A stretch of 48,563 nucleotides of DNA, counting the filler, from Catajapyx aquilonaris (lineage: Eukaryota): NCBI GenBank assembly GCA_000934665.2. It is 3 parts of 3 records of this genome, joined end to end, with 100 filler letters (N's around TTAATTAATTAA, not from the genome) between each part and the next. Parts side by side here need not be neighbours in the genome. Positions count along the whole stretch, not along the records: positions 32,466 to 48,563 come from JYFJ02007285.1; 2 more parts are not named here. The stretch is one strand, 5' to 3'. Both the position numbers and the translations under genes were made by a program. Every line of letters begins with the position of its first letter. Within the stretch, counting starts at the first letter, position 1. The notes under the pieces were generated by a model. It was given only the letters and a program-made list of their open reading frames with translations, was not told where the DNA came from and made no database searches. This document shows positions 34,330 to 47,253 of the stretch, in pieces.

Positions 34330-37300
34330 TGTTAGCTATTGTAATCGACTGACAAAAATTGCCAATACACTCGACTTGTTATTTTCGAATTTACGATAAC
34401 GTTTGGGTAGCCCTTCTCTGAACATCTACGGAATTGCGATCTTCAGGCTTTTTCAGCGTGACAAACTGACAACATTCAACTACGAAACAAAATATTGTTC
34501 AAAACTTTGAACAAAAGCAGCTCCGAACAAAGCACACTTCCTTTCTATGTAATAATACAAACAATTAAACACAGGTTCACAAATATACACTATGGGGAAA
34601 ATCATGTTTGAATAATATTATGGTGCTTAAGTCAAAGATTTCTCTCGTGAACGGTATTACCTTCTGAAAGGGTAATATTTGACCTAAATATTTGTCAGTG
34701 ACAGACAAGGGGGAAAATGACATAATTAGCATCACCATAATATGAATTATACTTATATGCCTTCCAGTATCAGCGCTTTGTAGATTTAACCCAAATTCAT
34801 CCTGCTCATATTGCCTTTACAAACAAAAAGTGCGCTTGAAAGTAATCATTTCACATTATTAATACAGTATAATAATATGAGTTATTGCACTTGTGTAAAT
34901 GGGCCTGCCGTGGGAACCAAAGGTTATATTGGCCTCTGATGTATCATGCAAACTGTAATAAAAATGAAGTTGCCTTAGCAAAATGTTATTAAAAAATAGG
35001 ACATGCCAGGAAGCTACAGCGCGCCCTTTGCCTATACCCAGCCTCTCAAGTTTCATATTACAAAAAGCCACTGCAACTATAGGCCTGCAGCAATGCTATA
35101 GGCCTACTGCATGTTACATAAACTGAAGGCTATATTTTCATTTGATTTGATTTGGCACGAATGGTACGAAAGCACAGTTACGAGTGCCAAAACAACAGAA
35201 GTTATTTCCTCAAAATGATGAAATTGTCAGGCCTACAATTTTTTTTTTGTTCCCTCTTTTCTGTGCCCCTTGGGTGTATATATGTTGAAATCTTCCTCGC
35301 ATTTGGTGTCAGCCATGCAACAGTTGGGCACGGTTGAGCCAACGTCAACACTTCTGCCCCCATAACTGACCAGGAGCGCAGGGACGTTAAATCGCAATCG
35401 CCATGATGGAAGCCCAGGCCAGGAATGACCAGTGGCGGCCATTTCGCTCCGGCGCTGGACGCAGTTATATCATTATTGAAGGTTTAATAGAGGCCGCTAC
35501 GGACGGCTCATCCCCCCCGGAGAGACAAAGCCAGGGGGATTTTTATCACCAATTTTGTTCCCAGCCCTGCCTCGCCTCTGAATGCATTACAGGGCTGGGC
35601 AAGCGCAAGTAGAAAAGGAATCCCGCGCAATTTGTCTTAGTTTCAGAGCCATTTCCCTCGCTCATGCGCGACGAACCCATTTCCAGCTTTTATTTCGGGG
35701 GTTGTAAATAACAAACTAGCTCTAAATTAACGCATTTCATGCTGTTCCCTGTGCATTTCTTTGTCTGCTTCAATATGGTGTCCTGGCTGGTAGTGACATC
35801 TGGCGGAGAGATCGCAATGATCCAGGGGGTAAAACCTCAATTTAGTAGCCCTAATTTATTAATAATTTTCACTTAAAATAACGAAACTAGTAGAATACCT
35901 ACTTGCCGGCCTGTTCCGTTTCATTTCTACCAATTTTCCAATATGGCGCCGAAGAAGATGGTGACATCTGGGCAAGCGTCGTTTGAACTAATACGTGACG
36001 ACTCCCTCGAGCTTTGATTACAGCCTTTAGCCAACCCTGTATGGGTGGAAATGGAATCTGCTGCGAAACAGATCGATTCGGACTAATGGCCAAAAGTCGC
36101 AGATGTCCCTTCCCGGGATCCGGGCTAAGAAGCCCCAGGTTTATAATGAGACTCCGGGACAATGGCGCTTTGTTCCTCATTAGAGGGAATTGGGCGGTGG
36201 GGGTCCTTTTTGTGAAATTTTCCCCCAATGGCGATTCCGACTCGACGGACGTCAGGCGAAAATTTTCGCAAGGCAGTGCTATATGAAATTGGTCCTTCTC
36301 GGGAGAAAAAGAACCAAACGTGCTTCTTACTTACGCCACCAGCATACTCGTTGGCACAAAAGTATAAAAAAAAATGTAGCTCCAGCTGACATTACTGTAC
36401 TCTTGTTACTTGTTATGTAACTTTCCGTGTTAGATGTGTTTTAATATTATAAATGAAGGATATTCGTTCCTTATGACAGTTTGCTCACACAATCCACATT
36501 TTACAATATATTATGCAGAGATTTCGCTACTAACGTAAGATTCGTAATCGTTGCACATATCATTTATGAATAGCCTATCTTTCGTTAGAACTACTGTCAG
36601 AGAGGCTAAAAGTAAGATGTAATTTAACCGATAACTTATTCGCAATATTATTAATACAAATGGATCCTTTCGGCTGTATTTCTCTGCAGAACGTTTTATT
36701 GCTTCAAAATAAATTCAAACGGCAACACTTGTGCATATTCGCTAAGTAATTTACTCATCATAACATCCATAACATTACGGCATAATCCCAGAAATGGGGT
36801 AGCCAGCTAAGACTAGTTTGTGCCTAGCCGTCTCAGTATTAAAGAGGCATTTAATAAGGGACTTAACTAATAGTTGTCGCGATAAGTCCTCCAGTACAGT
36901 ACCCCCTCTCCAATGATACACTAAACTATTGAAAATGTCCTATGAATTTTATTTATGCATGCTCCCCACTTATTAAAATATTCAAAGTTAATTTGACTCT
37001 ATCATGGAAACCGCAAAAATAGCCTTCCCCATATGCACAATGATTTCCCCTGACTTCCAAACTGCGTCATCATTTCAATTTCGTTACGTGCTTCATGGCA
37101 AAGTGTACGTTCCTTTTGCCGACTTAGTTTTTATATCATGACTTTTCATGCAGCAGAAATCTTGATCTCCCAAGACAGTTCAAATAAGGCACCTCATTAC
37201 GTATGCTGATTTTAATGAAATGTACTGCACAGTACAGCACACATAATCTTTTTTCCGTGACAGAAAAAAAGGAAGAAGAATAAAACATGCCTCTGGGGAA

Positions 37301-37938
37301 ATTCTTCTGCATTTCTTTTCGGGGAGCAAAAGTTACGAGGCGCAACTTTCTTTCTCTTTTTTTTGCACCTCCTCTCGTCTTAATCCGCAGACCCCAATAA
37401 AACATCCCTACTGCTTAATCTGTACGTGTAAAGGTTACTCGGAGATTATCGAACGAAACTTCTCTTTTTTTCTCTTTCTTTCTCTCCCTTTCGCTCTCTT
37501 TTCCGGCACTGCGTATGTTTCCTCACCTCCAATTCTTTCTATCTTCTTTTCTACCTTTTTCCTTCCCCGCCTGAGCGATTCATCACGGTAAAAGTTATGG
37601 AGGGTACCTCCAGTTGGAAAGCCGTTGAGAGAATTAATGAAGAGCCCCAGGGAGCTAGCGAAAGTGCTTCAAAAAACCGCTCTTTTTAAGATATTAGTGA
37701 TTGCAAAATTGTTCAGCTAACACCTGCACTACAAAGGGCCTGACGAAACCCAAGTCTCACGCAGTTTGTAAGCCTACGCAGCTCAAGTAATCACTCATGT
37801 CCTATAGGCCTACGTATAACATACCTGAATCAGATTTATCCTAAAATATAGGGCACCTTCCCCACCTGGTAGTGTGGGTGGTCTATCCTTCAGGATAAAC
37901 CTGATTCAGTTGTGTGCATAGTTTTTTTGGTCACAATA

Positions 37939-38255
37939 TCTATATAAATAAAGCCGTTTGTGAGTCAGTCTGTCTGTCTGTCTGTCTGTCTGTCCGCCTG
38001 CCAACTGTCATTTGCCTGCCATCTGTGCTCCACCCCCAGACCGGGAGAGGATGGAGGTGTTGAGAGTTGACTACAGATGGCAGGCAAATGACGGTTGCAG
38101 TTATACAGGCGGGAGAGGTTCAATGTGTTGGAATAGCAGGACCACAGATGTCATTGGTGGCCGGACACACAGAAAGACAGACAGTTGACGGGGATACTGG
38201 CAGGTGCTTTCCCTTCATTGATTTCTTCCCGGGCAACGTCGGGGGCCGCAGGTAG
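37939..38255 (+). mobile_element. Non-autonomous Helitron, copy 1
   Basis: A|TC start, (GTCT)n, internal inverted repeat, 3' hairpin CCCGGGCAACGTCGGG, GTAG|T end. Confidence 0.88.
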
Positions 38256-38513
38256 TATTCATATAAAATAAGAATTGACTAACAAAGTTCATTACCTACA
38301 ATACGATCTCTTTTTTTTTGCGTCAGGCAAGTTACGCAGTGCGAGTTCACACATGCGACTGATTTCAAGTAAGGATTAAATGCGAGGTTTTTATAGCCAA
38401 GTGTCACGCGGTGTGTTCACAAAAATCTGAGGGGCGTGATTACTTAGGCAACATAATTGGACAGCGTATTCACACTATCGTTTTGGGTGTCGGATCATGC
38501 CAGTAACGCTTAC

Positions 38514-38692
38514 CTTTGGCCTTAGCTTGACTGCCATTCTGTAGTATTTTTCTGCTTCAAGGGGTTGCCCGGCTTGTCTTAGGGCGTTGGCTGCGTTGAA
38601 CACGATTTCGTACTCGTCCGGAGCCAATTCGGCAGCACGTAGATAATGTTCAGCAGCTTCCTCGTGTCGTTCTAATTCCGACAGAAATTGAC
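38514..38692 (-). CDS. TMTC2: TMTC2-like exon C
   Basis: ccttccag acceptor, gtaagc donor; 179 nt, phase 1/0; (G)QFLSELERHEEAAEHYLRAAELAPDEYEIVFNAANALRQAGQPLEAEKYYRMAVKLRPK. Confidence 0.92.
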
Positions 38693-38886
38693 CTGGAAGG
38701 AAAAACAACTCACGTTAATTTATGAACCTACGATATGAACACCCTATATACATTCACGTCATTAGGCTACGTACTTATGAAAACTAGGCCCATATGAAAT
38801 CCCCACAAAATAACGGGAGATATCACAAAAAATATGGAGCAATTTGATATTTCTTCACAATTTATTATAAGTTATAATTTTATGAA

Positions 38887-39128
38887 TCTATATAAATAAA
38901 GCCGTTTGTGAGTCTGTCTGTCTGTCCGCCTGCCAACCGGTGTTGGGGGTTGACTACAGATGGCAGGCAAATGACGGTTGCCGTTATACAGGCGGGGGAG
39001 GTTGAAGGTGTTGGAGACAGATGGCATTGGTGGGCGGACACACAGAAAGACAGACAGTTGACGGGGCTACTGGCAGGTGTTTTCCCTTCATTCATTTCTT
39101 CCCGGGCAACGCCGGGTGCCCCAGCTAG
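38887..39128 (+). mobile_element. Non-autonomous Helitron, copy 2 (internal deletion)
   Basis: A|TCTATATAAATAAAGCC...CCCGGGCAACGCCGGG...CTAG|T; no TSD; homologous to copy 1. Confidence 0.92.
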
Positions 39129-40257
39129 TAAGCTATAATGCAAGTGTTAGCTTCTGAAACATTCGAGTGAGCAACCATGGTATGATGTGGAGTGACCCCG
39201 ACTATATCCTGGCATTTAGAGTGTCCCGGAATACAACTAGGATATGCAGTGTGGCTCTTAACAGTTAGGATAAACTGGGTTATTGAAGTCCGATGGCAGA
39301 GTGCAAGAATTTGCATCCTGAAAGGCTGTGCGAATGTGGTTCGTTTCATCTAGGTACGAAAGGCATTATAAATAATTCGGTGAATTCCGTTCCATTCACC
39401 ACCGACAAAAAGGTAACGCAATCTGATTAAAGCGGAATAGTCAATACCTCGAATGTCTTCAGACTAGCACAAGGTAAAATTCGAGGCAAGTCCCAACCTA
39501 CTAACGATTTGATGTATGCAGACACCAACACGAATCTGTTCGAATAATAGTCATTTCACTGACCAGATTGTAATTAAGTCTTGAAGACGTACGGTACATG
39601 TGGTTCTACAAATTAAGAAATGCAACAGGATTCGAATTTAAGGGATAGTGACGATTAATGGATGACGCACGCTGGATAGATAAGGCTACTATTTTCTATC
39701 AGTTTTCCATAGCACCTGTGCTGAATCAGTTGTTGGGCTCCACAGATACATGAAGATAAAACGCAGCCTCGTACACATGGCATGAGCAATCCATCAGTGC
39801 CGCCGACCCGCCAATTCAAACCTGGCTGTGGTCAAATGACATCCAGGCAATGGAAAAAAAGCTCTCATGTGCCTGCTGGCAAAGATAGCATTTCCATCAT
39901 GAATTCACTAGTGTGATGAAACTGGTTCGATACTGTGTATAGTGGGCATACAAGTGCACAAGACCAATTTGGTTTTGAGTTATTTACAGTTTTACACCAT
40001 CAAGAAGCATTTTTTCTGCTGTTGCCTGGTGAAGTCCATGCAGTCCTAATAAGTGAGCCAGCAAATCAGAATTTTCTGTCTTCAATAGCAAGGGGGTAAT
40101 CACTTCGGTACTCCGGTGTACACCTGCGAGTGGTACTCCCTGGTACTCCTCAGGTACCTCACTCTTTATTACTCCTTGGTACTCCTTAAATTTGGTACTC
40201 CAGTGTACACTTCTCAGTCGAGGGATTACCCCCTTGTTCAATAGCATACAAGCAAGT

Positions 40258-40438
40258 TGTGACACCCCCCACTAGATGGCGGGGGTGTCTGGATATGGAC
40301 CTGGTGGAGAGGCTTGAAGTTGTATCAGTCGTGAGACAGCCTCGCTTGAGGCTAGTTCCTTAAATACGCGTAGGTTGTGAGCAACCCGTATATTAATGGA
40401 CCACAATCATGAGCCTGAGGTGACATAGCAAGGTCACA
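40258..40438 (+). mobile_element. Short TGTGAC...GTCACA element (solo-LTR-like or Ginger-like) with 4-bp TSD
   Basis: AAGT|TGTGAC...GTCACA|AAGT; homologous to 43378-43572 and 46181-46425. Confidence 0.75.
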
Positions 40439-43377
40439 AAGTATGTCAAATTTTAGTGGGGTTCTCCTGTATGCCCACGATATCACTGATCAAATATCAA
40501 CATGAGAGTAGGCCTACCTATAATTTTTTTAAATACCCCGTGTAGGGCCCGATGCCTCTTAGGGGGGAAGGGGAGGTTCCCAAGGGAGGGCGCTGTGCGA
40601 TAGTCATTTCTGACATTCTTTAAACACCAAGCCTTTTCTCCTGTCCCTGGGCAGAGTAGGGAGTGCAATTCTGCCCCAGCATGTCGGGTGAAAAGCGGAA
40701 AAAGACCCGGCCAAGCAGAGCCTATCAATATTTCCGGCACTCATTTCTTCCGTGCCACAAAAATCATGGAAATCAAGCTACCTAGTCATACACCCCCTGG
40801 ACTTTTTACGCGCACACTGAGCGTAAATGAGCGTCAAGCACGGGATGAACTTGCACGAAGTTTGATACAATAGATATAAAAAAGCGACAAAGCCTGTTGG
40901 GCAAAAGTTTACACTCTTCCTAGTACTTTTTTTCTTCCAGGAAGCACAGAGTGTGAGCGAGGCCTCGCCGAAGAGGCTATCCCTAGTCGTGGCTTTTTCG
41001 GACAGAACCCTTATTTGTGACTGCTCCACCTTCAAGGAAGATAAGTTAGGTTCTCCCCCTTCCCACTCTCCAGATCGGCCGTTCGGCCTCCTAGGGAAGC
41101 GGAATTCGATTTTGGTCACCGTAATTGATCTGGGGCTAACCTTTCACCCGATCCTAATTGGAGGTAAATGACTTTGTCTGCAGAAGACGGCTGGTGGGCG
41201 GTTTGGGTGCCAGAGCACAAGATTTGTTCCTTTCCGCTTTTCTCCTAAAAAATAAAGGTTCTTTCAAGGGTTTGTCTCCTATTTACAAGGAGTTGTGTTA
41301 AAATCGGGTAATATAGGTCTTGTTAGCTTTTATTAGCTAGAGACGTGATTTTCTTCCTCTGACGGTTGGTCGTCTATCTCTGCAAGCTGGAGGCGTATGG
41401 GAAGGAAAGTAAGAGGATGAAGTTTGGAGAGGACCCTCTCCATTTTGACCCAATCCCGTCCCTGAGAGGCGACCTGATGCTTAAGCCGCTTCTAAGAGGC
41501 CACGACCACGCAACCGCAATCCAATTTGGGATGAAGGTGCGCTCCAGCTTGGGGAATGAGCTTGTGGACAGAAGGGATTGTTGCTTTCCTCCATCACATG
41601 CTACACATTTATGGCTGGGTTTCTTGGGGGCCTGAAAATGTTGGATACTGGCAGGAGAAACACGCATTAGGGTCACCTGTGCCTTGGCCCAACATGGAAC
41701 GCTTCCCGCTGAAGAGCTGCCTAATCAAAACACGATTGTTGTTTTTGGACCAAGGGATATTGTTGCTGCTTCCACGGACCCTTGTTGATTATTCGTACGC
41801 GTATAATGTGCTGGTCGGACTTAACCACGCTTGATGTAGGATTCATGTTATACCTTTTGCTCAGTAAGCTCACCAAGTTGGAATGCACTATAAACACATC
41901 TGTACACTAAAAAAACAAAAATGGTTCAACCTCGATGAAACATCGTTTTGTTTCCACATGCTCACATGCATGGATATGTAGATATTCTGACTTTCAAACT
42001 AACATAATTCCACCGGTCTAAGACATTATCTGAATGGTTAGAGCCCCCTTGTGAGAAGCCAATTTCCATGGTGAATTGGTTGACCACAACCGAGTAGTAC
42101 TTTTCCTTGCGGTTCACCACCAAGCAGTCTACTGCAGTTTGGTTCGACGCTTCACGCCTTACCAACTCCCCACACATTAGCCCTAGTGAAAAGTAATGAA
42201 TTAGTAAGGCATGAAGAGGCCGCAACTGATTGTGCAACTTTTCTCTGCCGCAGACAGAAGCCACACTTCTTGCCAAAAGAAAAGGAGAGGCATAAATCGG
42301 TGGCTTAATAGTCCCGGATATATGCTCCGGGTACAAAATATTCCTCCTTTTGGCGCTGCAGGGGAGGCTAATTAGCCGGAAAATATATTAACGATTACCT
42401 TCAGGGACACGTGACGGTGGCGAATCGCATTAGTTTGGAGGGTCCCCCAGACAATATTTGGCGGGGTTGGGCTGGGGGTGCTCCGTGAAAACAATTACAA
42501 GAAGGGAATAATTAGGTGCTGCTAACACAATTATCACGCACACCAACTTCTTTTTGGATCCCCCCTACCCTGGCCTCTTCCCACGTTACGTTGGCAGGCT
42601 TGTCTTAGAACTAATCCGGTTACACACTTGACGAGGCGAGACACTGCTGAATTATTAAGTTTAATCCCGGGACTTGGAATTGCTGCCTTGCTTTGCGTCT
42701 TCCCTCACTTCATGCCAGGCACAATAATTAGCTTTGCCTTTTGTTGGGTGGGGTAGGGCCTAAGATGAATCTTCCCAGACCGGGGGAAGATTTCTTTACA
42801 CGTGGAATAAATTACTAACCGACCGGAACCGGGTTGAACCTGGTGTAGGTCGCGGATTGTGCGCCTTTGTGTACTCCACTAGGAGGAACAAATACTACGG
42901 AAATGATAGTCCCCCCCCCCCTTCTAAAGCTCCTAGAGTTGAAAGAGGAATTATCCTTTGTTGGAGGGTCCCAAATGTTCAAGACGGGACTTGACAGGAC
43001 TATTCAATTCTGAGGCTAAATGTGTTACTCACTCATAATTATTCTGCCCCCCCTGCGACAGCTTTGTAGTCCCGGAAAAGGTAAAGATAAGCGTGTTAAC
43101 AATGACACTTTTCCGCTTCCGTCCTATTGTCCGAATGCGCCCTGCCACTGCTGAGATATTAACTTGTCTCCTGCAGTATGTTCCGCCTGGAACATCCTAC
43201 ATAAAAGCGGTCTTTGTGACATGTAAGTTTGTGTTTATAACAAAATTCTGCGCAATATGAGACACTATCACAAAATGTGGCAATTGTGCTAGGCAGGTTG
43301 AATGCGTATACACTGACATGTATTTTTGAAAACTATAGCTCTACTGAAGAGAGCATTGTAGGCGATTGTAGGTATAG

Positions 43378-43572
43378 TGTGAGATAGGGCATATTCCTGA
43401 AACTGGCAGGGTTGTGTTACATTAATAGACAGGTTACCCACAACCTATTTATCTAGCCTCGCTCGAAGCTGTTTCACAACTGTTTCAACTCTCCAGGTCA
43501 ACCACCCGACATCTTTTGGCAAAATTGCCCAGTTGCAACTAACTCCACCTACTGGATACCGGGGATGTCACA
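43378..43572 (-). mobile_element. Second copy of the TG...CA element
   Basis: Reverse complement shares tgtgaca.cccc, gacctgg, gaggctag and ggttgtg.g.aacc.gt.tattaatg blocks with 40258-40438; no clean TSD. Confidence 0.65.
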
Positions 43573-43608
43573 AGAAATATGCATATTTATATCTAACTTA
43601 TCATATAA

Positions 43609-43931
43609 CTAGCTGCGGCACCCGGCGTTGCCCGGGAAGAAATGAATGAAGGAAAAACACCTGCCAGTGGCCCCGTCAACTGTCTGCCTTTCAGTGTGTC
43701 CGCCCACCAATGCCATCTCCTGCTACTCCAACACCTTCAACCTCTCCCGTCTATATAACGGCAACCGTCATTTTCCTGCCATCTGTATTCAAAACCCCCA
43801 ACACCCCCATCCTGTTCCGGCCTGGGGGTGGAGCACAGATGGCAGGCAAATGACGGTTGGCAGGCGGACAGACGGACAGAGACGACAGACAGAGAGACAG
43901 ACAGACTCACAAACTGCTTTATTTATATAGA
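43609..43931 (-). mobile_element. Non-autonomous Helitron, copy 3 (inverted)
   Basis: Reverse complement reads A|TCTATATAAATAAAGC...(GTCT)n...CCCGGGCAACGCCGGG...CTAG|T. Confidence 0.92.
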
Positions 43932-44515
43932 TTAGAGACATTTGGTGCTAGTTACTTCTACCTTAGCAGTACCTAGTAGTGGGACGAAAATTCCGCCTAT
44001 CTTCTCTATAGAATGCGCATGGAAATGAGCATAAAACGCGAGACTTTTGTGGAGGATAATAAATCACATCTGAAGCTCACTGTTGCCAAAATGCGGCAAC
44101 CTGGATTAGCAAAGATAGAGGAAGAGTTAAAGTGAAAAAAGAGCAACCTCAGAGTCCCTTTGAAGTAGACGAGACATTTCATCCGGAGAGGAGACGAACT
44201 CAGTCAAGCGAGATACAAGCTAACCTGTTGCGTCAAAGATCACTGCGACGAGCAAGAGGAAAAAAAACCTGAACCCTTTTATTGCTCACTCATGTATTAA
44301 ATACTCTCTTCTCAAAAAACCTTTTCCCCGATATACTACGTTATTTCCGAATCATGAGTAAGTAGGACAAACATTTTCATTTTTTTTTCTCTCTTTTACT
44401 CTGAAAGTTTTACCTCCCAAGATGGATCTGGGTAACCGTTGGCAGGTTTCGTAAGCCCCCAAAAATAGACCCTGTTCCACTGGGACCAATCCATCGCCCA
44501 GAGATCCAAACTTAC

Positions 44516-44600
44516 CAAAATGCTGGTAGACGCTGGAGTCGTTCGGCGCCAACTCCTTTGCCCGAAGGAACCACTGCTCGGCTTCCAGGAGTCTCGTTTT
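44516..44600 (-). CDS. TMTC2: TMTC2-like exon B
   Basis: tttttaactggcag acceptor, gtaagt donor; 85 nt, phase 0/1; KTRLLEAEQWFLRAKELAPNDSSVYQHF(G) continues the TPR frame. Confidence 0.9.
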
Positions 44601-46180
44601 CTGCCAGTTAAAAAGAACAGAAATTGCTCAAACTGCTGGATAGTACATGTACAAGATAATCAGGACAATTAGGATTTTTTTTACAGCTGCACTATTACTG
44701 GATTTAGTTAGGTTCATAGAAAGGTGTAGTTGGTAAGGCTGATAGCAATAGGATTTTTCTTCCGCTGACATGACGAACGTGTGAGAAAATGCTTGACGAC
44801 TCTCATGGGAGCAGAAAACCTTTTTAATCATCTAAGCCCATTCGTTTTCTCAAGGAAAAAAAAAAACTTGGGAAAGAAAGAAGCAGAACTTCTAATGACT
44901 GTGGAAATTTTTGTTCCGGGTTCTAACGCTTTATGTTGGAGTCAAAAAATGAAAGATGGCGAGGTTCAGAGAAAAGAAATAACAAAGGAAGTGTTTCTGA
45001 TAGCAACAAGTTCTTGGCGTCGGGTATAACAAAGAGGGTTCGTGGAAGCGTCCTTCATAAGCTGGGCCTAGTTGGCGTTCACAGATAAATAAATAACTTT
45101 GGGTTAAATAGTTACCCGTTGGGACGGAACAAAAATCAACACTCATATTAGCTACACAGTCTATAGCCCTTCGGTGCCCGAGTGAGCTCTAGCATACCAT
45201 GATGCGCCCGTCGTGAACTACGACCAAACTTTACTCATTGAGGACTTGAGGTCAAAGTTCGGCACTCGTGTTCCGACACCACCCTCTCCTCTTTCCCCCC
45301 CAAGGCCCCCTAAAATCCCTTACTACTCTGAAGAAGGCCACTCTTGGGAGACGCCAGCGGTTGGAGAAACTCAAAAGGAGATCAATACTTCCCAAGAAAA
45401 TTTGCAAGTCAAGGTGCCCTCATCAATGGCCCTTCCCAAAGAGGCGATAACCACTTCTCTCCAAAATGGCGTCTATCTTAACAAGATCCAGTTCCAATGG
45501 CGACCACGCACCAGATGAACTGCATTAGTCCAGATACAGCCTCTCTGAGAGGAGAGAGAAAAAAAATGGCGTAACAAATTTGGAATTACGAGAATCGGAA
45601 GCCTATTCATCACGCAAGCTTTCAGCGCTTCATTTAGCGTTCCCATTGTCCCTTCGCTTCCATGTGTCATCGACGAATGAATCCGATGTAATGTATGAGC
45701 CGCATCAGATAACATCCTTAATACACTTTTCCCCGCTTTTGCACCTTGTCTTTTCCACCTCCCCCACACACCGACAATAACCTAGAGATTGGCTTTCTTT
45801 GGAGTCTTTTCTTTTTGTTCGGTCTTTTTTTTTTTTTTGGTGGCCAAATTACAGGCCTGCTCGTAATGAGACAGGTCGCTCGTAAAACCCTTTATTTACA
45901 TCCCAATAAATCCGAGGGCGATAATCAGCCATGGACTCACCCTAAAAATTCATTCTTTGGGAATCAATATACTAACATGAATGCAACTTTTCAAAGCCAT
46001 GCTCGTCAAAATTATAGCGCAAAACGCAAAAAAACCAATGCGTAGAAAAGTTGTACAAATATTATACAATTGATGCTTGTCACTAGGTTTTTAAATAGTA
46101 GTAAAAACTGTGCTATCAGGAGAACCTAGCTTTCTTAAAGTGATTTTTGTGTCCTCATTTTCCACCGATATGGAATGTAT

Positions 46181-46425
46181 TGTGATACTAGCCTCGCATG
46201 AGTCACGACTACAACTTGTAGCCTCCCTCTAGGTGTGCCACATGACACATGATCAACGATGGTGTGCCACATGACACATAATCAACGATCGTGTGCCACA
46301 TGACACATAATCAACGATCGTGTGCCACATGACACATAATCAACGATCGTGTGCCACATGACACATAATCAACGATGGTGTGCCACATGATCAACGCCAT
46401 CTCTTGGCAAACAGGGGGTGTCACA
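46181..46425 (-). mobile_element. Third, related TG...CA element containing a minisatellite
   Basis: Reverse complement tgtgacaccccc...agatggcg...gaggct..aagttgta..gtcgtga...gaggctagt...caca; no clean TSD. Confidence 0.6.
46233..46396. repeat. 29-bp tandem minisatellite, 5 full copies plus a partial
   Basis: GTGTGCCACATGACACAT(A/G)ATCAACGAT(C/G) at 46233, 46262, 46291, 46320, 46349 and partial at 46378; no spacers. Confidence 0.95.
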
Positions 46426-47112
46426 ATTTGTATCGTGACAAAAAAATATTTATTATTTGTATTACATTTCACGTTATAAAAAATTACTCAATTCGCAATT
46501 AGGCTTCGTGCTTCAAGTTTACGAGCACCAAAAAAAACCAAATACTTTAAAAAAAACACGAATGCAACAATCAAAGCATTACGACTAGGCAGAAAGGAGT
46601 TCAAGGTTGTATAATGGCATTGCCAAATACGGATTCATTGCTAGAACTCACGCAATCTCTAAAGCTATTAAGCAATGTGTAACATTCCAGTCCATGTTAT
46701 GGCCAACCCGAATTTATTGACGTGACTTATCGACCTTATACATTCCCTTCTCCCTCCCCAACAATTTCGGGTCGGGTTTACAAGGCGCTATTCACACGTA
46801 AGTGCAAATTAAAGGCACCGCAGTAACGCCCTACTTCCAACACTCCTCTTTTTAATTTCGTGTTAATCAAGGTATCGGATTTAGCCCAGAGCGAGAGTGT
46901 CCGTGCAGCACTCCGCACTTCGACACGGATTTGGTTCCGGTCCAAGTCAATGAAAACGATCTTGCACAACTTTCACTTCAACTCCTAGAGTACTTTATTA
47001 TCCTCCTGAGACCCGGAGTACAGTATACTGTACCAGGGGTCTCAGGAGGTTATAGCAAGTACTTTGCCTTTTTTGAAGAAAAAATGAAAAAAAAAGATGA
47101 GGCTGTACTTAC

Positions 47113-47253
47113 ATTTTTGGCCAGCATTTTTCCGTATGTAAGATGTGCTGGTACGTGATCTGGTTTGACTTGAAGAGCTGCTTTGTACCATCTTTCGGCT
47201 TCGTCGTAACGTCGAAGCCGATAATATGCTTCTCCCAGCATGTTGTACAAACT
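47113..47253 (-). CDS. TMTC2: TMTC2-like (transmembrane O-mannosyltransferase with TPR repeats) coding exon A, the most 5' one recognised in the window
   Basis: ttttcag acceptor and gtaagt donor; 141 nt, phase 0/0; SLYNMLGEAYYRLRRYDEAERWYKAALQVKPDHVPAHLTYGKMLAKN is TPR sequence. Confidence 0.9.

Noticed and set aside
46233..46396. CRISPR-like 29-bp repeats
   Set aside because: Units are contiguous with no unique spacers, there are no cas genes, and the context is a eukaryotic intron
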